DNA of 64,000 nt. Origin: Diplonema japonicum. Lineage: Eukaryota > Protista > Euglenozoa: Diplonemea. Below, one piece after another: positions 1-9,752 of this stretch (position 1 is the stretch's first letter; each line of letters starts with the position of its first letter). A program made the position numbers and the translations under genes. Where the stretch lies: the NCBI GenBank assembly GCA_964019335.1, contig OZ025665.1:558001-622000 (forward strand), read 5' to 3'. The notes below the pieces were generated by a model that was given only the letters and a program-made list of their open reading frames with translations, was not told the origin of the DNA and made no database searches.

Positions 1-675
1 GCTGCGTGCTGCATCTCGATGTTCGTACATAGGAGCCTTGGCCGCCATGTCGTAGGCAAGCATACCTACACCCCAGATATCAAGCTGGAGTTTATGTGGG
101 GTCATTGATGTCCCGTTGTAGGACAGCGCTTCGGGAGGCGTCCAGTGGGGCGCTGTTTCTAGGAGGTTGCTTTTCAGATATCTTTCGAAAAAGGCCATCC
201 CGTGGTCTAGCATGATGATGTCGTTGTTGTTGTTTACTAAAACGTTGGAACCTTTTAACCGGCAGTGGTACAAACCTGCCGTGTGCGCGGAGCCGAGATG
301 GAGGAGAACTTGTTTCAAGGTTTTGACGATGAATTCCTCGTTGGCTTCTTTGGACTTCCGCTCAATGAGGTTCTGATGACCACCGAGGTATTTGTAGATG
401 AGCCAGATTTCGTTTTTTGTAGTGTCCGCGCAGAAAACGGTTGGGCCGAGCATTCCTTGTGCACTGGAGTATTTCTCAAAGTGGATGATAGCGGAGTCGA
501 GGACACCTTGGAGATCTTCCTTCTCGTTGATTTGAAGTACGCGTATGGCCACCAGCCCTCCGTTTCGATGCCGCCCCCTCCAGCAGCTGCCAAAGACCTT
601 GCAGCATTGGGAGCTTTGCAACACGCTTAGCTTCTCATAATCCTTTGTGCTGCCTATATTCATTTTTGTCTCCAT
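1..675 (-). CDS. Protein kinase-fold protein (STE20-like), probable pseudokinase; 3' end runs off the window
   Basis: Not in the ORF track because it has no stop in the window. Manual minus-strand translation from ATG 675/663 gives ...GLVAIRVL...YHCRLKGSNVLV...MLDHG...APHWTPPEAL...LDIWGVGMLAYDMA, i.e. kinase subdomains II, VIb, VII, VIII and IX. Confidence 0.8.
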   Translation of the reverse strand, partial: METKMNIGSTKDYEKLSVLQSSQCCKVFGSCWRGRHRNGGLVAIRVLQINEKEDLQGVLDSAIIHFEKYSSAQGMLGPTVFCADTTKNEIWLIYKYLGGHQNLIERKSKEANEEFIVKTLKQVLLHLGSAHTAGLYHCRLKGSNVLVNNNNDIIMLDHGMAFFERYLKSNLLETAPHWTPPEALSYNGTSMTPHKLQLDIWGVGMLAYDMAAKAPMYEHRDAARS

Positions 676-1714
676 ACCCCCCCCCCCCCCCCCCTTTCCC
701 TCTCCACCCTCTCCTGTTATTATTATTTTTATTTGGGTGGAAGAATTGTAAAAAGCGAGGGGGGAAAATAGAAAAGAAAAATGAAAGGAAAAAGAAAAAA
801 AAATAAATAAAATAAACAAAGTGGGAGAGGGGATGGGAAGGGGAAGGGAGGGAATTATATAATAATGGGAAATGGGGGAAAAGGGGGGGGAAAAAAACAA
901 CAATGGGGAAGGGAGCAAGTGCACAAAAAAATAGGGTGAAGAGAGGAAAGGAGAAAATGGGGGGGGGTGGTGGTGCAATAAGTGGTTTGGCGCGCTGGAG
1001 GGAGGTTGTCAAGAAAAAAATGAAAGGAGTTGTGGAATAGTGTCACAGTTTGGTTGTGTTTGTCTTCCCTCTCTGCTTTTCTTCTTCTTTTTTTTTTTTT
1101 CCCAGCTTTTTTTTTTCTCTTTTTTTTTAGCGAGGATGAGAAAAGCGGTAAAAACAAAACAAAAAAAATCTCACAGGGGAAAAAAAAAATACTACTTTTT
1201 GCCTTTCTTTTTTTTTCATCAAACCCAACCAAAAAAAAAAAAAAAAAGAAAAAAGAACAGGGGTAGGAGTCGAATAAAATTCTTTTAACAAGAAGAGGGC
1301 TCGTAACACACGAGCCTACATCTTGGCCAACTTCTTTATTTCTTTGCTGAGGAAGTGAAGAAGAAGAGGGGTGTGGGGAGAGGCAGAGGGAGAGAACCCT
1401 GTCAAAATACAAAGCCCTCTCTACTCCCTCTTTTTTTTTTCTTTTTTTGAAAATCCTCCCTCTTCTTTTTTTTTTTAAAGAGTTAGTGACTGCCAACAGT
1501 GAAGGGGGGGGATGTAAAAAAAAAGGGGGGTCCAAAAAAAATCCACAATAATGTACGCAAAAAAAAAAAGGAGGGTATTGGGTTGGGAAGGGGGAAAAAA
1601 AGCTAGCTTTGTATTTGGGGAGAGCCCAGCTATTTCTTTTTTTTTTTCCCCTTTTTCTTATGACAACGAACAAGTATATAATTTTCTTTCCTTTTCTTTC
1701 TCCTGCACCTTTCT

Positions 1715-1748
<34 letters not shown>

Positions 1749-2755
1749 AAAAATACATGTCGCAGCATGCAGTCTTTCCTTCATTTAAACTATAGTTTCC
1801 CCCCCCTCTTACCTTTTCCTAAAAAACACATAAAAAAAGGGCATTTATGTGTTTACCTCCTGTGAGAGAATAGCAGTATGAACGAACTCCTGGGAAAAAA
1901 AAAAAAAAAAAAATCTTCTTCATAAAAAAAAAGAAAAAAAAGCAGAAGAAGGCAGGAAGCGCTCAGATGCACCGAGGAGGGGACAAGGAGAGGAGGGGCT
2001 TGAATAAAAATGAGAGAGGGGAAGAGAAAAAAAAAAGGGGGAATAAAAGGAAGAACAGAGCAGAAAGAGAAAAAGAATTGTTTTTTTTTTTTTTTTTTTT
2101 TGCCTCTTTTTTTTGCAGGAGGAAAAAAAAAAAAGATATACTTGAACGAAAGCAAAACTGTTGGTGATGAGAAATAAAAAAGGGGGGGATGGAGACAGAA
2201 AAAAAATATAAAAAAAGAAAAAGGGGGGAAGGGATGGGGTTAAAATAAATGGATTCATTGTTTCTTGTTCATTATACCTATACCGCAACAAGACTCCCTT
2301 GACGACACTCCCCCCCCCCACCCCCCGCAAGGCAAAAAGGGTTTAAGTTTTCTTTTACTGCAGCATAGGTTATTTTCTTTTTTCCAAAAAAAAGTGTTTT
2401 TCTCCCCCCCCCCCAATCACAAGGATTAGCAAGGGACTGCATTTTTGGGGGTATTTTTTTTTGTGGTCCACTATTTTCTTTTTTTTTCTCCAACAAAAGA
2501 AAAAAAAAAAAAAAAAAGGTGGACCTTGATTTTTTTTTTTTTTCTTTCATATTTTCTTCTTCAGATGTTTAAAAAAAAAAAATAGCAAAAATAAGAATAA
2601 AAAAGGCGCATGGGTTACCTCCCCAGTCTCAACAAAAAAAAAAAATGAAAAATAAAAAAAAGCACCACATTTTACAAGGGAATTGGGGGAAAAAAAAAAA
2701 TAATCTCTCTACAAATCATAAAGGGGGAGAGAGGGGAGGGCCTCTATAAATGACC

Positions 2756-3796
2756 TCAACGGCCGTCACCCTGGGCGGGGTCCTCCTCTCCTCTAGGAGC
2801 GTCGGCGTTCGCACGCTTTGCCGTGGTCCAGTCAAAGATGTAATCCATCTGGTACCCTTCCTTGATAAAGAGATCCCTGAGGAGCTTCCTGAGGTACTGG
2901 TAGTCAGGCTTGTCCTCGAACCTGAGCGACCTCGTGTAGTTGAGATAGGTAGAGAACTCACTGGGGAAACCCTTGCAAAGGATTTCGACGGGCGTAGACA
3001 TCTTTTTCTCAGAGATGCGGTCGTACTTCTGCTTCTTGGTCTGCGCCTTGAGCCCCTGCCAGGGGAGGGACCCTCTAAGGAAGTACATGAGAACGTACCC
3101 TACAGCCTCGAGGTCATCCCTCCTCCCCTGTTCAATCCCAATGTGGGTGTTGATACTTGCGTACCTTGCAGTCCCTGTGAGGTTCTTCCCCTCCTTGTAA
3201 GGGATGTGCTGGTGGGTCTTGGGGTCACGGTATTTCTTGGCCAGACCGAAATCGATCATATAAACGTGGTGGCCTTTCTTACACACACCCATCAGGAAAT
3301 TGTCGGGCTTGATATCCCTGTGCAGGAAGTTCTTCGAGTGGATGAACTCTACCCGGGATATCATCTGGGTAATATTTTTTTTTCTTTTTTTTAATTTTTT
3401 TTTTCTTTGTTACCTGATCGGCAAGCATGAGCGTCGTCTTCACAGAGAATTTCCTGTTCATGAAATTGAAAAGGTCTTCCAGAGAAGGCCCCAGCAGATC
3501 GATTACCTTTTTTTTTTTTTTCTTTGGAAAAAAAAAAAAAAAGAAATTCAAACCATCACGTTGTAGTCACCCTCCACCCCGTACCAATGCACACGGGGGA
3601 TGCCCACTGCCGCAGACCCGGAATTCAGGATCTTTGTGTGTTTTTTTATTTTTATTTATTTTTTTTTTATAAATACCTTATACAGCCTGGACTCGTACAA
3701 CAGTTGCGGGTGCCTGGTCTTCACAGGCTCCAGCTTAATCGCCACGGGCTCGCCGGTTTGGATGTTGGTCCCCTGGTAGATGTCACCGAAAGACCT

Positions 3797-3828
<32 letters not shown>

Positions 3829-3911
3829 TATCTTCCCCCTCCACCCATATCAACATACCCACCACCGATCTTGCGCCCGATCCTATATTTGTTCCCGACA
3901 CGGAGATCCAT
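2756..3911 (-). CDS. CK1: Casein kinase 1 (5 exons: 3911-3859, 3794-3677, 3631-3554, 3506-3414, 3364-2756)
   Basis: Spliced product reads [24 protein letters not shown]...VAIKLE...[10 protein letters not shown]...[10 protein letters not shown]...IDFGLAKKY...[11 protein letters not shown]. Four GT-AG introns of 45-64 nt restore the frame. Confidence 0.96.
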
Positions 3912-4053
3912 TTTTTTTGTTTTTTTTTTTTGTTTTCTTGTTTTTTTTTTCCCCCTCTTCCCCCTGATTTTTTTTTTTTACTGAAAAAAAAAAAAAAAAA
4001 AAAAAAAAAGCTGTTATCAAAAAAGTTCCACCCCCCCACCCCCCCGTTCCCTC

Positions 4054-5283
4054 TCATGTAACCTCCTCTGGTTCTGACCACTCATCGTCGTCGGCTAATG
4101 TATTGTCGAGCTCTTCATCCTCATGACCGTCACCACAGTTGCTGCTCAACTGCCCGCGAAGGGCGTCCGCGGTTTTCTTGCAAGGAAGGAAGCCTCCTTT
4201 GTAACAAAGCCCCACTGATAAAAACAGCAAGGCTGTTATTGTAAGACCGATCCACACCGCCGTGACTTCAAAGTCGGCTTTTACCAAACCAGTTACAATC
4301 TGCGTGATGGCCAACGGCACCACCACAAACACCAGGGATTTATGAACCATTCGGGTCCGTTTTGCTTCAGGACCGAGAACAGAAGACGAGATGCCAAAAA
4401 CAAACTGAACAACAAACCCGGTGTATAACACAATACCCACAACATTGTGCCCGCCTGTATCGGTAGTTTCCTCTTTGCTATGTTCGAACTTATAAAACGC
4501 CACCGCGAAACTAATTGTAATGACGATCACAGCAAGGGTCATAAAGGTCATGTGGAGGAAGAAAAAAAACATTTTTCTATCGGTTCTTCCTGCGATTTTG
4601 AACCCGATGCCAGCAGGGACGAGAATAATCCATGCCACAGACATCATTGCACCATGTACAGAAACCCAGTAAGAGTGATCGCTTTCGTGAGAGAATCCCG
4701 AGCCGGATTCGAGATCAACCTTAACTGATTTTCTGTGTTCGTGAAGATGGACCTCCAATGCAGGTTTGAACGGATCTCTCGCAATGTTCAAAACTATGGT
4801 ATCGTTGGCCTGTCCCTGGTTGATAGCTGACAGCGAGAATAGAAGCCTTAGTGTCGACCACCCGTTCTTTAACTCGTACGACATGTCTGAGCTGGAAGGT
4901 ATTCCTAAAAATTTTTCGATTGTCTTGTCTTTAACTACGCCTGCAGCCGTGGTTTCTCTTATATCGTATGTTTCAGGCAACCCGTTGCTGGCAACCACTG
5001 CTTTGCTCGGGGCCATTTTCATCATTTCGCTCAAACCGACACCAAGCCACCCTTCGGTCTGGCTCCGTAATGCCATGTACGTAACGGTCCCGGACGTCCA
5101 GTGCACTTCCATTCCTTCCATGCCCGTGGCCTCGGGGCCCACCATGCATTCGTACATCCCCCTTTCAGGGCTTTTCTCATCGATTAATATGGAAGAATTT
5201 GTGCACGCAGATGTCTCGCTTACTAGCACGCTGAACAACAATACCATGGCAAGTGTGGATAATATGGTTGGGGTGGGCATCAT
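4054..5283 (-). CDS. DOMON + cytochrome b561 domain membrane protein
   Basis: Signal peptide, DOMON-like GWLGVGLS...M motif, then transmembrane helices with His ligands ([27 protein letters not shown]). Confidence 0.8.
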   Translation of the reverse strand: MMPTPTILSTLAMVLLFSVLVSETSACTNSSILIDEKSPERGMYECMVGPEATGMEGMEVHWTSGTVTYMALRSQTEGWLGVGLSEMMKMAPSKAVVASNGLPETYDIRETTAAGVVKDKTIEKFLGIPSSSDMSYELKNGWSTLRLLFSLSAINQGQANDTIVLNIARDPFKPALEVHLHEHRKSVKVDLESGSGFSHESDHSYWVSVHGAMMSVAWIILVPAGIGFKIAGRTDRKMFFFFLHMTFMTLAVIVITISFAVAFYKFEHSKEETTDTGGHNVVGIVLYTGFVVQFVFGISSSVLGPEAKRTRMVHKSLVFVVVPLAITQIVTGLVKADFEVTAVWIGLTITALLFLSVGLCYKGGFLPCKKTADALRGQLSSNCGDGHEDEELDNTLADDDEWSEPEEVT

Positions 5284-5380
5284 TTCTTTCTCGGTTTTTT
5301 TTTTTCTTTCTGTTTTTTCCCCCTCCCCCCCCCCCTTTTTTTTTCGATGCAAAAAAGGGGGGAAAAAAAGTCTCTTTTGG

Positions 5381-5810
5381 GAGCCGTTTCATACGGGTGG
5401 TGTAGAGTGGACGCGCGCGTTCTCGGAAGCTGGCCCCTCCAGCTTCGCGGAGGTGGTTCAGTCTTCGTATTTCGTGCTGCTCCTCAGATCGCACAGAGCG
5501 CTTTCGCGTGAATAGATAATTCCATCTTGGCTGGTGCGCGGTGTGTTTCCACCTTGCCTATCAGGTGTGGATATACACCTGAAGGAGCTGTTCGGGGTGG
5601 TTCGCTTGGTCCACTGGATAACTCAGCGTGAAAACAGCGCAAGGGTTATAGCAGTGTGATAACAAGGCAGTTATCGGCTACGTGACTCGTGACTTTTCTC
5701 TGGACGCAACCACTATGCGTCTCTGTCCCATCTGCGCCGAGAATCTCGCAGATCGATATACAAGGCTGGCCTCTCAGAAGGCCCATTGTTAGACAGCCGT
5801 GCTGTTTCAG
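5381..5810 (-). ncRNA. Candidate structured non-coding RNA, family unassigned
   Basis: Homopolymer-free, GC-richer intergenic island with many hairpins. Two have GAAA tetraloops only when read on the minus strand (GTG-GAAA-CAC, CGC-GAAA-GCG). No convincing ORF. Confidence 0.35.
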
Positions 5811-5908
5811 AAGAAAAAAAAAAAAAGGAAGAAAAAGACGAATGAACTATGTTTATTTACATGAAAGGGAGAAACAAAAAAAAAAAGGGGGAAATAATAA
5901 TAGAATTC

Positions 5909-6342
5909 CTAAACAAGCGTTGGGGCCTTGTCTTTTGGGGGTGGTCTGCCCATTGCGTGTTGAGCTTTGTCGATTTCAGCGAGGCGAGCGCGAAGTTGTT
6001 GGATCTCACGTTTGTTGGCCTCGATGTCGTTACGCATTGTGTCGCTTACACCTGCTTCACGGGTCATGCCTTGGGCCTTGAGCATCTTGATCTCCCTTCG
6101 CAGCTGGTTGATTTCCTGAATTAGAACAACGTTTTCATGCATAATGCGATTGGCATCCGCCCTGTGGGTGTCCGCATCCTTTACCAGTTTCTTCTTCAAG
6201 CTCTCCACCGTCCTCTCCAAGTAGTCCCGCTGGCGATTGCTCTCCTTCTGAATGTCCTCGTCTCCCTCATTGTTTCTCCTTGCATCATCTTTCACGTGCT
6301 TCTGATACAGTCGCTTCGAGGCTTCCCGCAGGAGTTTCGGTT

Positions 6343-6384
<42 letters not shown>

Positions 6385-9300
6385 CTTAGGTCATAAAAAA
6401 AAAAAGAACAAGAAAAAGAAATACCTGGCCTATTGCTGTCAATTCTGCTATCTCGGCTCTTATTCTGGTCTTGAATACTTCACCGTCTTTGAGCTTCGAT
6501 TGCAAGCTTGCAATTTCTTTCTGCTGCCCTTCAAGCTTCAGCTTCAAGTCCGATATTGATAGGATTAATTGGTTGTTGTTTTGGTGGTATCTGTATTTTT
6601 CCCCCCCCCATTTTTTTTCCTGCAATACCTTTCCAGTTCACCGTCCATCGCTTTGATCTTTTGCTTGGCCTCAACGATCTCAACCTGCCGCGGCTCGATT
6701 TGAGACTTAAGTTCACGGATTTTATAGTCCAACACGAACTTGAACTTTTCCAGCTCTTGGTTTTTCTTTCTCAAATCGTAGATCCTCTTTTCCTTGTCGC
6801 CGATGGTTTCGTCTCGCTCTCGTATCTCGTTGCGAAGAGCCTCGATGTCCTTCTCCAGGCCTTTGATTTTCCCTTCCTTTTCGCCTTGTGATTCGAATAA
6901 ATTCCCAATCTCGTTCTCCTTATCCTTGATATCCTTCAGCAGCGTGTAAAATTTCTTCTTCATAATCCCGTTCTCACCTTTCAAGTGGAGAAGCTGTTCC
7001 TTCGCCTCGCGAAGCTTTCGTTCGTACCTCTCTTTGATTTCCTCAATGTCCCTGTCGGTCATGAGCTCGATCAATTGCCTCATTTCTTCGTGTTCCGATC
7101 GAAGGTGCTTCTCTTGCTGGCGCAGTGTGTGGCAGCTACCCTTCTCAGAATGCAATGCAGCTTGAAAAGCAGTTTCCTCCTCTTGTTTCGTTGTGTCGAG
7201 AATCTGTTCACGTGAAGCTAGCAGCCCGAAATACTCCTTTTGTTGTTGCTCGATTTCGTTGTGAAGCCGTGCGATCTGGTCCTCCGATGCTTGGAGCTGC
7301 ATCTGGTAGTCGCTTTCAACCTTGCACAGCTCGGTTCTGTGTTTCTCAGCGGTCTCCCGTCGTATTTCCGTGAACTCCAATTCCTGTTCGTTTTTCAACG
7401 CCAACAAATGTTCGAATTTCTGATACTGCCGTTCTGACTGTTCACGGTGCTCGTCCTCCATGGTTTTCATCTCCTTGATGTGCTGGATGTCGTGCTTTTG
7501 CGCCTGGTACTCCATGTCAAGCTTCAAATCCTCGACCTTCGCACGCTGCGACCCGATATCGTCGTTCTTGTCCTCCAGATCCGTCTTTGAGATCAATATT
7601 TCCTCTGCGTAGGTAATCTCCCGCTTTGCGGTTCTCCCGTCTTTGTCGCGGACATCGTAACAATACAGAGTGCAGTCGTCGCCGACAGTGAACAAGACAG
7701 ACTCATCGAAGGTTAACGCGCTTCGTGTGATGGGTCCTGAGTGGGCCAGTGTTGCCTCCCATGGTATACTTTGTGTAGCGGAACCCGACGGTGTTCCCAG
7801 AGGTATGGGAATGGTCGAGACGGACCCGTCCTCCGAACCCGCCAGAAGCAATTTATGATGTGATGAAAATGATATTGTCGATAAGGGACAGTCGCCTGTG
7901 TCGGGCTCGTGTTGCGGGCCGGAATGCAACGATGTGATATCGAATTCACGGAGTTTTCTATCCCCAGCAACCGCCCATGCCAACGGGGCCGCAGATGTGT
8001 TTGCAGTTGGGCATCCTGCGGTGACGCTTGTGTAATGCGCAGATTTTATAACGTAATCGTTCTCCTTCCTGCAGTCTTTCAATGACCAGTCAAACACGGC
8101 CCCATCCATGCCGACGGAGACGAGCCTCGTGTCGTCTGGGGGCATCCAGAATAAGGAGCGGACCTTCCCGCTGTGCCCTCGAAGGTGTCCTATACTTTCG
8201 CAAGTGTAGGTTGAATAGATGCTGATGATGTTTCCGTGAACCGCCGCGAAATATTGCCCGCCGTTTGAAAAGCGACACTCAGGGCACTGTCTGATGGGGA
8301 ACGATTTGAATTCTCGGATGTCATCGCCGTAAAGGTTCATGAAACGGAGCTTGTCGCTGAAGCCCACTAAAATATGCAGCCCGGAAGGGTGCATTGCGAT
8401 CGACGTCGCCTCCGAATGAAAGGTCCGCGTCATCTCCAGCGTGTGGTCGAGGTGGTTCCAGATTTTAATGGAGCGATCCTTCGAAGAAGTTGCGACCAAG
8501 GGTTTTCTGACACACGTGTCGAGCCCTGTAATAGGCGCCGAGTGGAACCATTGTGCCAGCGATTCGAAAACAGCGTCCTCGCCTTTTGAAAAATCTGCGT
8601 TTGACAGGTTCAACAGATAGATCTGGTTGTTCGATGTGGCCAAGGCGAGGAACTCTTCCTGTTGTGTAAGTGCGAACGATTTCACCTTTATCGAATCTGC
8701 TTCCATCGGGGTGTCGCATTCTCTCTTGTGGTCCACCTTCATCGCCTTCATTTTCCTGTACACCTCCTTGTCATCAGAACGCTCAAACAGAAACACCAAA
8801 CCCATGTCACCACCGCAGATAAAGCCTTTTGCGTAGCTTATTAACGAATCGATGGACAGGCCTTCCGATGGGGAACCTTGTAAAATGCATTTGAATTCGA
8901 AATTCTCTATTAGAAGTAGATCGCCTGATTCTGTGGACACGACAAGCCTGTCTTCTGGAGGAAGCCATGCGTGGGAGAGGTAGTTCTGTGGTTCCCGTTT
9001 CCCCATCCCACCGACAGCGGGTTTTAACTGCCCCTCCGACATTTTAAAGAAACGGAAAACATTGTTCCCCGTCACGCAAATCAGTGTAGGGTCCTTGGGG
9101 CATATTGAAACCTTTGAAATGTGGCTTTTATCTTGAGACGCGGCTGCTTTGTCAAGCGCGGTGCTAGTCCATGAAACGGCCTTTGATCGGTCCCACGTCC
9201 ACAGAACGAGCATCCATTCAGGTGCACCGCCTTGGGTTATTAAAGTTCGTGAGTCTGATGAAAACGAGATCGAGGTGTACTCTCGGGAGCCGATGTCGGG

Positions 9301-9630
9301 CAGCATCATGCCTTGGCCCGGGAGGGTTTTCTTCTTGCGCTTGTTCACTGTGTCGTATATAGTGACCATGGGCGGGGAACCAGATTCAGCGAAGGCAAGC
9401 CATCGTTTGTTAGGAGACAGTGCCATCGCTGTGATGCCGTCGCATTTTTCGTTGCCTTGGATGAACTTCTGTGTGTTTGATTGCGTGTTGTACAGCACGA
9501 TATTCCTCCCGACTGGGAACGCGGCCGTGGCGTCATCTATAAAATGGATATTGTCTGTCACATCTGATTTGATCCCGAATGCGTGCCGTCGGGTAAGCCG
9601 CGGCTCCTTGTGTTCATCTATTTTTGCCAT
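5909..9630 (-). CDS. CFAP57: Cilia- and flagella-associated protein 57 (WD40 + coiled coil), two short introns near the 3' end
   Basis: WD40 N-terminus with FHSAPITGLDTCVRKPLVATSSKDRSIKIWN and HPSGLHILVGFSDKLR; C-terminal coiled coil with LKGENGIMKKKF, KNQELEKFKFVLDYKI and RIMHENVVLIQEINQLRRE. ORFs 6565-9756, 6386-6625 and 5909-6295 are joined by introns. Confidence 0.93.
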
Positions 9631-9752
9631 TTTTTTTTTTTTTTTTCGTTTCCCCCCTACCCCGCTCCCCCTGCGGTGAATCGTGTTGTGTCGAATAAGA
9701 AAAAAAAAAAAAAAAAAGGAATAAATTTGATCATTCACACGTTTGTCATTAA

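Noticed and set aside
635-2550. Many F/K/P/G-rich ORFs (also 13470-13981, 27318-27830, 32105-33654, 45645-46825)
   Set aside because: Translations of poly(T)/poly(A)/poly(C)/poly(G) intergenic tracts.
2750-3394. Long plus-strand ORFs opposite real genes (e.g. 2750-3394, 4766-5515, 29499-30350, 52672-53478)
   Set aside because: Antisense shadows of minus-strand CDS with no recognisable motifs.
5465-5490. Hammerhead ribozyme core (minus strand CTGAGGA-GCAGCAC-GAAA)
   Set aside because: Stems I and III and a UH cleavage site could not be formed in any topology by eye.
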